Assembly (NCBI RefSeq): GCF_006345805.1 | Contig: NW_021834440.1 | Location: 1-48,563 of the forward strand | Origin: Octopus sinensis | Lineage: Eukaryota | Length of the DNA stretch: 48,563 nt | Reading direction: 5' to 3' | Shown here: positions 22,775 through 34,745 of the stretch, in pieces | How the letters are laid out: each line of letters begins with the position of its first letter | Position numbering within the stretch: the first letter of the stretch is position 1 | Position numbers and translations under genes: made by a program | Notes under the pieces: generated by a model | Databases searched by the model: none | Seen by the model: the letters and a program-made list of their open reading frames with translations, nothing else | What the model was told of the DNA's origin: nothing

Positions 22775-22945
22775 GCAAAGATTCTAACACTGGGGATATA
22801 CTACGGTGTCAGCTGTTCACTACCAGTGAACTAAGGTAACACCCCTTCTTTTTTAATCATTATCTGGAGTATTTGAACGGTTCGAAGAAGTGCTGTTTTC
22901 TGCAAATGATCCACCCTTATTGCAACCATTATTTGTTCCATGTAC
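22775..22945 (-). mobile_element. Second, more diverged 3' fragment of the same Dong-like family
   Basis: gtgtcagctgttcactaccagtgaactaaggtaa is shared with 22119-22152; flanked by (TTA)n. Confidence 0.85.
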
Positions 22946-22998
<53 letters not shown>

Positions 22999-23505
22999 TA
23001 TTATTATTATTATTATTACTATTATTTATTTATGTATGTTATCATTAAAAACTGCTAAATACCTTTGTGTTATTAACAATAGCTAGTAACGCTATTACAG
23101 TTACTCTCGTACAACAAAACATGTTTGGCACCAAATATTTTTCATTTCCATTTTTTGCAATTTAATTTTCTTATTTATTATTGTACATAACCATAAAATT
23201 AATTTTTATTACTTACGAGAAGCTTCGGAGCTGGTGGGGACTTGCTAAATAGATTTACGTAAACTAGATTTAATTATGCGTGTGCATCTGTATATATATA
23301 TATATGTATGAGTGTACAAATATATGTGCGTGTAAGTGTATGTATGTGTGTGTGTGTGTGTGTGTGCATTTATATATATATATATACATATATATATGTT
23401 TATGTTTGTTTTTGCGCTATAACGTCATAATGTTTGTTTTTATGTCACAGTAATAACAGTTTTACATTAGATTAAAGGATTACTCAATACATTCGGCAGA
23501 GTACA

Positions 23506-23546
<41 letters not shown>

Positions 23547-23713
23547 CATGAACTGCTCTCTCACTCAATAATAATAATAATAATGATAATATATATGTAT
23601 ATATATATACACACACACACACTGGTGCTGTTATCGTATTACAGTGTGATACGACAAGGGTATGATATTTATCAAAGAGTTTAATAACATCTATTTAACT
23701 CTGCATATTGGAG

Positions 23714-23715
<2 letters not shown>

Positions 23716-23779
<64 letters not shown>

Positions 23780-23835
23780 ATGTGTGTGTGTGTGTGTGTG
23801 TGTGCATGTGTGTGTGGTGTGTGTGTGTGTGTGTA
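23716..23835. repeat. (TG)n microsatellite
   Basis: Direct inspection. Confidence 0.95.
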
Positions 23836-24205
23836 CACAGAACAGCTAGAGTGGATACGGAAACAACTATATGTGGATACTAACGGAAATAATGTTTTAC
23901 TTTATTGTATATTTTATTTTTATCTTGCATCTTAATTTTCTTAATTAAACCCTGTCTTTCTCAATAAAGTCGCAACATAATCCTTCCCTCATTATTCCTG
24001 TCTAACGACTTAAACCCACTGTTACCAGCAAAATGCCGAAATGAAAACCGAGCGAAACAGAGTCTATTTAACAAGATACCCCCTGATAACATCATCAGAG
24101 AAGATGCCTTGGCACCGAGGGATACACCACGACCAGTTTGTACAGTATTCCACCCGCGAAAGATCGATACAAGACGCGTTGAAATGCGAGCAATAGAGTT
24201 TCTGG

Positions 24206-24328
24206 TACGTTATTTACATTATTTACATTTGACGGATATTTGTCCTCAATTTGTTTGTTGCCAACACAACGTTTCGGCTGATACACCCTCCAGCCTTCAT
24301 CAGGTGTCTTGGGAAAGGTATTTTTCGA

Positions 24329-24396
<68 letters not shown>

Positions 24397-24496
24397 TATT
24401 ATTATTCAGGTCACTGCCTGGAATCGAACACGGAAGCTTGGGGTTAGTAGCTCGCGCTCTTAATCCCAAGATTCCGAGTTCGATTCCAGGCAGTGA

Positions 24497-24540
<44 letters not shown>

Positions 24541-24545
24541 TAATA
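24206..24545 (-). mobile_element. SINE D (minus strand, 24206-24462) with an inverted partial head (+, 24462-24500)
   Basis: attcaggtcactgcctggaatcgaa (24402) is the reverse complement of ttcgattccaggcagtgacctgaat (24479); tail as at 19345-19505. Confidence 0.85.
24263..24308 (-). ncRNA. Minimal type-I hammerhead ribozyme-like motif
   Basis: GACAC-CUGAUGA-A-GGCUG(10-nt loop)CAGCC-GAAA-CG-UU-GUGUU: core boxes, stems I and II, palindromic ACGU stem III. Confidence 0.65.
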
Positions 24546-24819
24546 ATAATAATAGTAATAGTAATATAGTAATAGTAATAATAGTAATAGTAATAATAGT
24601 AATAGTAATAATAGTAATAGTAATAATAATAATAATAGTAATAATGATGATGATGATGATGATGATGATGACAACAACAACAACAACAACAACAAGAATA
24701 ACAATAACAATAACAATGATGATGATGATGATGATGATGATAATAATGGGAAAATGGTTATACGTTATTGTTTAGTTAAGCGAGAAACACACTAGGGTTC
24801 GAAAAAGAACGGAATGATT

Positions 24820-24934
24820 CTTCACATGGCTGCGGGTTCAGTTTTACTGCATGGCACCTGAGCAAGTATCTCCTACTATAGCCTTGGGTTGCCCAAAGCC
24901 TCTTCAGTGGAGGGAAACTGAAAGAAGCCCGTCG

Positions 24935-24991
<57 letters not shown>

Positions 24992-25560
24992 CAATTAAGG
25001 ACAACTACTTAATAAGGAAAACTTAACAAGAAATTGTCAGGTAGATAGCGTAAAAACCTCATAAGAGAAAAAAATTTCGAAAATAATTATTTCTTATTGA
25101 ACATATTAATTTATATATAGAGGGCATTATACATACATGCCAGAAGGCATTATACATACATGCCAAACGCTAAGAGGGACAATCAGTCATTTCTACCAAT
25201 GGTAGAAATGACTGATTGTCCCTCTTAGCGTTTGGCATGTATGTATAATGCCCTCTATATATAAATATATATATATATATTATATATATATATATATATA
25301 ATATATATATATATATACATATACGACGGGCTGCTCTCAGTTATATATACGTTTGTGTATTTGCATTTGTACAAGAGTTGGTGTGTTTACGTCCCCGTAA
25401 CTTAACGCTTCGGCAAAAGAACACGGCAGACTAAGTACCAGCCTTAGCAAAACAAACAAAAAATGAAGTACTGGGATCGATTTACTCGACTAAAAATTCT
25501 TCAAGGCGGTGCTTCAGCATGGCCGCAGTCCAGTGACTAGACTGTATCAAGTAAAAGATA
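24820..25560 (+). mobile_element. SINE B interrupted in its (TA)n by a fold-back insert
   Basis: 5' part at 24820-24935 and 3' part at ~25350-25560 (gtgtgtttacgtccccgtaac...aagtaaaag). Confidence 0.7.
25146..25252. repeat. Perfect inverted repeat, 53-bp arms, 1-nt spacer
   Basis: ggcattatac...tttctacca / a / tggtagaaa...gtataatgcc. Confidence 0.95.
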
Positions 25561-25887
25561 ATTAAACTTGGCGAAGGTTTTACAATTTCTAATTAGCGGT
25601 AATGACATGCCCTCGTTTTTTTATTGTTGTTCTTCGTGGTACTAGTTTATTTATTTCCGTGTAAATATTTGTTCTTATGTTTTCTTGGTGTTTAAGAACT
25701 TTTAATTTTGTCTACCTGTATATTATATACTATCGTCCTTCAGCCAATTCCATCTTTCTTCATCCTAACGCGTGCTTTGTGAGCCTTCTCTTTGGCGCTT
25801 ATTTCTTTGTAATATTCTGTATTTCTTCAAGCACGTGAAGCTAAGAGAAATGCTTTTATTATTGTTGTCGCTGGTGTTGTTGTTATT

Positions 25888-25924
<37 letters not shown>

Positions 25925-26004
25925 AAGCAGTATTGTATTTCATCCTTTGATATTGTCCTCAATGTCTTGGACCCCTTATGGCTATTAAAAGAAATCTTTA
26001 TAAA

Positions 26005-26025
26005 TGTTATTATTGTTGTTGTTGC

Positions 26026-26083
<58 letters not shown>

Positions 26084-26170
26084 ATCATTACTATTATTAT
26101 TATTACTATTACTATTATTATTATCATTATTATTATTATTATTATAATCATTATTATTACTATTATTACC

Positions 26171-26201
<31 letters not shown>

Positions 26202-26242
26202 TATATTATTATTATTATTATCATTATTATTATTATTATTAT
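26005..26242. repeat. (TTA)n microsatellite
   Basis: Direct inspection. Confidence 0.9.
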
Positions 26243-26947
26243 ACGCGCCTTGGTCATTGTTTAATAAGCACGTTCTTTTGATCATTCATTTTCTAGCTAA
26301 AAGCTTTCTTTTTAGCGGTTAAAGATATATTTGAAAGACAGCTTATTGTCCATACAACAGTTCTCTAGAGACGCATTTGCGCACACGCATACATGCACAC
26401 AAACACAAGCTCAGACTCACACATAAGTCTGTAAATACACATGCGCACATACAAACACACACAAATATACATATAGGCTGAAAGTGTACTAACAAAAACC
26501 TGACTCCATTGTCATCCATAAATATTTTTGAAATGTCTCCCTTGCTTGAGTGTTCGATAACTTTAGGATTCCTCTCAGAAGAGCGACAGAATAATTGAAG
26601 AAGGTCATTATGCAACAATGTAATGTCTTAATGCTATAAATAATACACACTTAGGAAAAGTTCAAAGATAATCCTGGTGGTGCTATGTTTTAGATTTAGT
26701 TCCATTCTCCTTCTGTCAGTGAAACAACTATTGCGCCATATGTCATTCTGATACGTAATCTGTATTCCGATATATCTACATTATACGTCACTCCGGTGTG
26801 TCGTGCCAATACGAAAGTCCAACAAGTCTTTCTAATGTGCCATTTTAATAGATCAATAATACATATATATATATATATATGCATTTATATATGTGGGGTG
26901 GCGGTCGCGTGTGTATGTATGTGTATATGTATGTATGATATATATAT

Positions 26948-27009
<62 letters not shown>

Positions 27010-27010
<1 letters not shown>

Positions 27011-27405
27011 TCTTTCACTCTTTTACTTGTTTCAGTCAATTGACTGTGGCCATGCTGGAGCACCGCCTTTAGTCGAGCAAATCGACACCAGGACTTATTC
27101 ATTGTAAGCCTAGTACTTATTCTATCGGTCTCTTTCGCCGAACCGATAAGTTACGGGGACGTAAACACACCAGCATCGGTTGTTAAGCCATGTTGGGTGG
27201 TGGAGGCAAACACAGACACACAAATATATCCACACACATACATACACACACATATATATATATATGACGGGCTTCTATCAGTTTCCGTCTACCAAATCCA
27301 CTCATAAGGCTTTGGTCGGCCCGAGGCTATAGTAGAAGACACTTGCCTAACGTGCCACGCAGTGGGACTGAATCCGGAACTATGTGGTTCGTAAGCACGC
27401 TACTT
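27010..27405 (-). mobile_element. SINE family B
   Basis: Reverse complement of the 16345-16730 copy, lacking the extreme 5' end. Confidence 0.9.
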
Positions 27406-27563
27406 TATTTCAAAAATTTTGCCATAAAGGCATCACACAGAGTAGCTTGCGGACTGTACAAAATCATTGATGAGGTGAATGATGAAAAAAGGATACTATT
27501 AATGGGAGAAGGCAAAAAAACGCCCGCCGATTTTTTGCTTTTCTAAAACATTATTCTCTTCTC

Positions 27564-28560
27564 TTTTTTTTTTTCACAGGAAAAAGAGAAAACGAGGTAA
27601 TGACCCTCTTCAGTTTTACAATTATTGGACTAATGGTCCATTTAAAAATTAGGGCGTTAAGCCTCTTAAGCACAATAACATACAATAAACATTAAACATT
27701 ATTCCTCCCCAACATCGCTTGTGCCCGTATGCTCCGCCATCACCCACGCCTCATTCGAGACCAAGGCAGGATCTGAGCCGGCGTCGCCCGGCCACAAGCG
27801 ATATTCCTCATTGAGTCACTGCAGCCTATACGTCACGGGTAACGTTATGACCTCCACAGCTATCTGCGGAGGCCATTCGGGATCTTGTGTGAAGGTTAAA
27901 GGTACCCCCTAATGGTGCTTTTCCACCACCTTTTCTACCTCTCTGCCTCTGTAGAAGAAAACCAATAGTTCGTCTTCCCCCGTGTTCAAGGAAGTCAATT
28001 CAACCGTTGGCAGCACAAACGGTGTCCCTTCTCCTGCCGGTGGCACAACTCCTACCGGCAAGGTTCCGGGATATTCCGGTGCTATGTCACCGACTGCCTG
28101 CAATGTTCCGTTTCTCTTCTTCTTCCTCTTTTTTTTCTTCTCAACTGAGGGAGGGTGCCACTCCTCCGTGACCGGGAGATTTGCATCCCCTACCTCATCG
28201 ACAGGATCCTTCGGTGAGTACCCATTGTTGCTCACCGTCTTCCTCTTGCGACCCTTCTTTGAGGAGTTCTCCGCCTCCTCGGCCGCATTCGTTCCTACCT
28301 CTACAGAGGTTTCAATCAACTGCTCCAGGACTTTGCTTTGTTCCTGAGGAAAGTTTTTTTTATATCGCCAGAATCCAGGCACCGATGACACAGGGGGGGG
28401 GGGATCGACACTCAAGAATCACCAGGTACTTGCACCCGGCCATTTTCAAAAAATTCTGGCATAATCAGATTCATGGCTGATTGGGTCCACAGGTTCTGAA
28501 CAGCTTTTGACCCAATCCAGTCACAGCCTTGCTACGAAACAGGTGGCCGGTTAAAATTTA
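27564..28560 (-). mobile_element. L1/Tx1-type ORF1 (gag-like) element with 3' UTR and poly(A), no ORF2
   Basis: YLVILECR.PPVCHRCLDSGDIKKNFP degenerate zinc knuckle; acidic/basic low-complexity region; in-frame continuation to a stop at 27699; ~125-nt UTR; 11-nt A-tail at 27564-27574. Confidence 0.55.
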
Positions 28561-28611
28561 TTCTAAATTAAAAAGAGAGAGAGAACATATATACATACAT
28601 ACATACATACA

Positions 28612-28645
<34 letters not shown>

Positions 28646-28669
28646 CGTACATACATACATACATACATA

Positions 28670-28900
28670 CAAAGGAGAATCTGGATGAACTGGGATTTTC
28701 GGAAAGAGAAATTGACCGACTGATTCCTACATTACAAGTCCGATCTGGGAGTGGAACAGTAAAAATATGCAAGATTTTTCTGAAGTTCCAAATGTGAACT
28801 TGTGTGTGTTAATTACATCCCAGATGGATCTTTGTGTCTTTGTTGGAAACCGGCTCCCTCCTCAGTGGGAGCTTTATAATAATTAAAAAGTAGTAGAGAC
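28670..28900 (+). mobile_element. RLE LINE 3' end (second (CATA)n-associated subfamily)
   Basis: KENLDELGFSEREIDRLIPTLQVRSGSGTVKICKIFLKFQM*; flanked by (CATA)n; homologous to 29950-30050. Confidence 0.7.
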
Positions 28901-29016
28901 ATACATACATTATGTATGTATGTCTCTTCTACGTTTTGTATGTATGTCTCTCTTCCTGTTCTACTTCTATGTATGTATGTCTCTTCTTGTTCCTACATAC
29001 AGGAACAGGAAATGTT

Positions 29017-29419
29017 CTTTTCTACCCTAGGCACAAGGCCCGAAAATTTTTTTTTTTGGGGGGGGCAGTCGATTAGGTCGACCCCAGTATGCAACTGGCA
29101 CTTAATTTATCGATGCTAAATGGATGAAACGCAAAGTCGACCTCGGCGAAATTTGAATTCAGAACGTAAAGACAGACGAAATACCTATTTCTTTATTACC
29201 CACAAGGGGCTAAACACAGAGCGGACAAACAAGGACAGACATAGGTATTAAGTCGATTACATCGACCCCAGTGCGTAACTGGTACTTAATTTATCGACCC
29301 CGAAAGGATGAAAGGCAAAGTCGACCTCGGCGGAATTTGAACTCAGAATGTAACGGCAGACAAAATATCGCTTAGCATTTCGCCCGGCGCGCTAACGTTT
29401 CTGCCAGCTCACCGCCTTA
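29017..29419 (-). mobile_element. SINE A dimer with a 16-bp TSD
   Basis: TSD aggaacaggaaat(g/a)tt at 29001-16 and 29420-35; internal junction aataaagaaata|ggtatttcg. Confidence 0.9.
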
Positions 29420-30055
29420 AGGAACAGGAAATATTAACCAAATACCTGATGCACAAAATGTATAGAAATGCAGGAAAAGTAGTAAAAATTGACAACCGAT
29501 GCAGAACACCGAAGATATCACCCACGTCATAAGTAGTTATTTGAAAATGTCTTCACGATTGTATCTACCGATGAGACATGATCTTGTAGCTAGGGTATTC
29601 TATAATGATATCCGTCGGAAGGATAACCCCGAGGATAATAAGAACCCGCGGTATGGTAGAAGCCATAGCCGCTCATAATAAAAAGGAGTACTGGCGGAAT
29701 GTCCTAGTGAGAACCTCAAAAAAATGTAAGCGCAACAGACGTGATATAATGATTTGGGATGAGCAGAGAAACTGTGTAGAGTTGTAGAAATTAGCTGCCC
29801 AGTGAATGTTAGCATACAGCTGAAGAACAATGAAAAGAGAATACCTAGGCTGAATTATTGAGAAATCTACAGTTACTCTATCCAGATTACAATTTCAGGT
29901 TTATATCTGTAATTACTGGGGCCCTGGGATATGTAACACTGCCTAAATAACAATCTTCAGAAATTAGGCTTCTCAAAACCAGAAAAGTGAAAGCTAATTC
30001 GAAGACTGGAACTGTAAAAAAATGTGAAACTTTCCAGAAGTGTATCATTTAAATA

Positions 30056-31325
30056 CGAGGGGCGTTCAATAAGTAATGCCCCTGACCCACTTGCATTTGT
30101 TTGATCTAGCTGAAATTTTGCATGTGCACTTATTTATACCTCTATAGATTAAGTGGCGAATTACAGCTCTGAACTAATCGTGGTTTCTGATTTACAGGTG
30201 TTTGAACTGAGCCAAGTGTGAAATGGAGCCTGTTGAGTGTCGAGCAGTGATCTGGTTTTTGTATTTGAAAGGACGCACACCACGGGAGACATTTGATGAA
30301 ATGAAAGTAACTTATGGTGATGATGCCTCATCATATGACCTTGTAAAACGCTGGCATTGTGAATTCAAACATAGTCGGAACTCTGTGGAAACAGCTCCCA
30401 GATCTGGTCGCCCCCTTCTGCCGTTGATGAGACGTCTGTCCGTCAAGTTGAGGCTGCCATTTTGGAAGGTCAACGCATAACTATTCGCCAAATAGCCCAT
30501 AAGATCAAGATTAGTACCGGGTCTGTGGAAACTATCATTCATGACCATTTGCATATGCAAAAGGTGTCTGCCAGATGGATTTCCAGGTTGCTCACACCTT
30601 TCCAGAAGCAAGAACGCGTCGAGTGCTCGAGGATGAATTTGGAGATGTGCCAAGAAGATGAGTCAAATTTTTTCAAAAGACTGATCACACAGGATAAAAC
30701 CTGGGTCCATCACTATGATCCATAGACCAAAGCCCAGTCAATGCAGTGAAAGCACCGTGACTCACCTCCTCCAAAGAAGGCAAGGGTGCAGCCCTCCGCT
30801 GACAAGGTTATGCTCACAGTCTTCTGGGACCAGGACGGAGTAGTGATGACAGATTTCCTGGCAAAGGGTACCACAATTACAGGAGCCTATTATGCTTCAC
30901 TTTTGAGGAAATTAAGAGAAGCTATCAAAATCAAGAGGCGGGGCAAGATCAGCAAAGGCATCCTCCTCCTGCAGGACAACGCTCCGGTCCACAACTCGCG
31001 TGTCGCCAGATCAGAAGCACAGGCGTGTAGCTATGAACTCCTCCCCTTGCACCCTCTGATTTTCACCTCTTCCCAGCCATGAAGTTGATTTTGAAAAGAA
31101 AGCGTTTCCCAGATGATGCAGCCTCGATTTCTGAAGTCACGTCGTGGTTGGAGGACCAAGCTGGGGTCTTCTACAAAAACGGTCTCCAGAGCTGCATCAA
31201 ACGATGGGAGAAATGCATAACTCTGGGTAGTTTCTATGTAGGAAAAGACTAATAACTGTGCCAAGTGTCGTTGCTCTACTGCTATGGGAAGTGGGTCAGG
31301 GGCATTACTTATTGAACGCCCCTCG
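30056..31325 (+). mobile_element. Full-length mariner (irritans/Hsmar2-like TIR), 1270 bp
   Basis: Perfect 37-bp TIRs cgaggggcgttcaataagtaatgcccctgacccactt; TA TSD on both sides. Confidence 0.95.
30223..31253 (+). pseudogene. Mariner D,D34D transposase pseudogene
   Basis: HTH N-terminus, APRSGRP, KVSARWISRLL, ITQDKTWVHHY, KVMLTVFWD, LLQDNAPVH, LAPSDFHLF with HPPYSPD deleted; frameshift and stops. Confidence 0.92.
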
Positions 31326-31756
31326 TACATACAAACATGTCTAGCTATGAAACTATATGCATGAGAATACATAAATAAAACAAAACATACACATCTGCAC
31401 AAATGCATGCATACATACATACATATCTTCTTGTTGATGTTGAAATTTCAATGAAAGAGCCTTGGATCTAGGTTAGCAACCGGCTCTTTCTCTATTGGCA
31501 AGGAATATTGAAATAAAACTGAATAATGACATACATACATTCATACAAACATTCATACATACATACATACATACATACATACATACATACATTCATACAA
31601 ACATTCATACATACATACATACATACATACATACATTCATACAAACATTCATACATACATACATACATACATACATACATGCATACATACATACATACAT
31701 ACATACATACATACATACATACATACATACATACATACATACATACATACATACAT

Positions 31757-31985
31757 ACTTAAACTTTCCAGAGGTTTATCATTTAAGTATATATGAGCGT
31801 GTCTAGATATGTATGAAAATAATACATAAAACAAAACAGAAATCAGCACGCATACACACATACATACATGCAAAAAATACCCTGTTGATGTTGTTGGAAT
31901 TCAAATTAAGGAGTCTTGGATCTAGGTTAGAAACCAGTTCTTTCTATATTGGCAAGAAATCTTGAAATAAAACTGAATAATGACA
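31757..31985 (+). mobile_element. 5'-truncated copy of the (CATA)n-associated RLE LINE 3' end
   Basis: aaactttccagaggtttatcatttaa...ttggatctaggttagaaacc...actgaataatgaca, preceded by (CATA)n; a further fragment at ~32495-32580. Confidence 0.85.
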
Positions 31986-32007
31986 CACGTGCATACATAC
32001 GTACATA

Positions 32008-32450
32008 ATGGTTGTCCACTCGTGACCATCATTGACCATTAAGAACATGGTGCTGTCAGACAAACTTATACTTTACACTAGTGACTCCGCCAGTGACTAT
32101 TGAGCTTAGCTCTTGATCAATATACACGTCCGCAGATATTGCAGACCAAGCTTCCCCGAATCACTACAATGGCGGGACAGTTTCAAGCACCTCGCTTAAG
32201 TTCAGTATGAATATGCGTGTTTAGTTTTTTTTTTAGAAAATACCTACTCCTTTCTTTATTTGTGTCTTTCATTGGTTGCGATGACAAGCATTACTTTCCT
32301 GATTGACCATCTATATCTCAGTAGCCTTCAACGAGAACTTTCTACAAACCTTAATGTGTAGCCTTGATAATTCCTATTTGGGGCGCTTTTCTTGCATTTT
32401 GCTGCGACTCTCACTCATGCTTTTGCTGTGGATTGCTTTCCTGGGGTATA
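32008..32450 (-). mobile_element. RTE-clade LINE 3' fragment
   Basis: LVCNICGRVY*SRAKLNSHWRSH* (RTE C-terminal zinc finger) followed by a short 3' UTR. Confidence 0.6.
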
Positions 32451-33224
32451 TGTGAGGTGCCATGCATACATACATACATACATACATACATGCATCTAAA
32501 ATATCTTGATGCTGTCTAAATTCCAATGAAAAAGTTTTGTTGTCTCTAGATCAGAAACCTTCTCTTTCACCATCGGCGAAAACTTCATCCATTATTACTA
32601 CCTTTGTAGGCCTTAAAATAATGCAAAAGACAAGTTACTGTGGCCGAAATAACCAGGTAAAGAATAACAATCATTAAAGACGGTTTCTCCTCCATAACAG
32701 CAAGCTAGTAAATCGAAACCAGTAAATGAACATACGAACGCAAGCATACGCTAATACAACGAAGAACAGGAACAGTTACTCATATAAATTTACTGTCAAT
32801 AGTCGATTAATATTTGTACATTTAGATATATTTCATTTTTATTGTAACGTTCTGCTAAATGCGCACGCGCATCAGGCCATATTTTCTCTCCTGAAGCTGC
32901 CAAAAATCTCACAGAAGTTATGGCGTCACATTATTCATATTCAATATTTTCAAATGAGTCCAATAACAAATCTAGCAGCCATTTTCTTTTTTTTTAAATT
33001 CACAGTTTCTACTGTTTCTTGTTTTCTTCATATAAATTGTTTGTTTGGATGCGTAGATAGACGTGTAAAGACGTACGTATGTAGATGCAAAAGTGTAGGT
33101 AGGCTTGTCGTGCGCATACGTTTGTAAATATATATGTATATATATATGTAGTTTTGTATGGACATACATATAGACAGTCGTCACTCTCATTTTCTTACTC
33201 TTTCTCTTTCTTTGTCTCCGTATA

Positions 33225-33236
33225 AAAATATATATG

Positions 33237-33293
<57 letters not shown>

Positions 33294-33330
33294 GTGTGTA
33301 TGTGTATATATGTGGGTACGTATGTATATT

Positions 33331-33361
<31 letters not shown>

Positions 33362-33362
33362 C

Positions 33363-33450
<88 letters not shown>

Positions 33451-34191
33451 TATATTGATTTCATATTTATCTCTCAGTGTAAGTTTGTTTTCATGTTGCT
33501 TTCTTCTTCCATTACGTCTTTCTGTTTCTTATCTATGGTTGTTTTTTTCTACTCATTTTCATACACACACACACACACACATATATGTATATATACATGT
33601 ATGTGTGTATATGTATATGTATATATGTATACGTATCTTCCATTTTCCTACATAAAAATATAGAAACAAAAAAAATGTTCCTAATTTTGTTATTATGCTA
33701 TCATTTACTGGTTGTTTCGATTTTTGTACATTTTTCTCAGTTCTACCACACCCTCTCTTCAACCAGCCCGCTTCCTCCTCACCTTCATTCTCTTTCATTA
33801 CATCTTTCTTCTTTTACGACTCGTTCTTTTTTTCATTCTCTCTTCTATTCCTCCTCTGTCTTTACATTAACATTACTACGTTTACTTTTTTTGTTGTTTT
33901 TTCTTCTCTTCTCTGCAATTATCCAATTCTTCATTTTCTTTATTCCATCTCTTCCTACTCTTCATTCTTTTAATTCTTCTCCATCTTCAATTCATTCTTC
34001 TCTCTCCCAGTTTTCTTCCTTTTAATTCATTTTCTTTTTATTTATATTTTTTTCTTTTCTATCTCCTCCTCCTCTTCTTTTGTTTTGTTTTGTTTTTTGT
34101 ATATATATTTTACATTCGTTTATTATTCAATTCAACCGACATAATTTTTGTCTAACGTCCAAATCATTATATATTTATGTATATATATATA

Positions 34192-34230
<39 letters not shown>

Positions 34231-34239
34231 TATACATAC

Positions 34240-34270
<31 letters not shown>

Positions 34271-34745
34271 TACATATATATATATATGTATATATGTATA
34301 TATATATATATATACAACCATACATACATACATACATGTACATATACATTTATACAGACATACGTACATGCATGCAAACGTACACACATACAAACATACA
34401 CACACACATTTCTCTTTGGAATCGGCTCTGTTATGGATACTTGTATTGTATTCAAAAACATATTGTTCTTCTGTGTTTTCTTTTTCGTCTTCCTCTTCCT
34501 CAGTATAGCCTCATCATCACTACCGTCGACCCCACGATCAACATCACCATCATCATCGTAATCACCATCATAATCATCATCATCACCACCACCACCACCA
34601 TCATCGTCATCATCATCATCATTACCATCATTACCATCATTATCATCATTATCATCATCATCATCATCGTCATCATTATTTCTAGTAGTAGTAGTAGTAG
34701 TAGTAGTAGTAGCAGCAGCAGCAGCAATGTTATTATTATCATTCT
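33225..34745. repeat. Microsatellite and low-complexity block ((TA)n, T/C-rich, (CAT)n, (TAG)n)
   Basis: Direct inspection. Confidence 0.8.

Larger units (their letters stand above)
28997..31530 (+). mobile_element. RLE-type LINE 3' part in (CATA)n, interrupted by SINE A and a mariner
   Basis: IQEQE..TKYL, DNRCR..EDITHVISS, MRHDLVAR, NRRDIMIWD, VVEISCP, ITGALGYV; the 3' UTR resumes at 31328 and ends actgaataatga|catacat. Confidence 0.8.

Noticed and set aside
24330-24405. Single-base phase slips in (TTA)n and (TA)n tracts throughout the window
   Set aside because: Likely long-read consensus indels or slippage; some TE frameshifts may share this origin.
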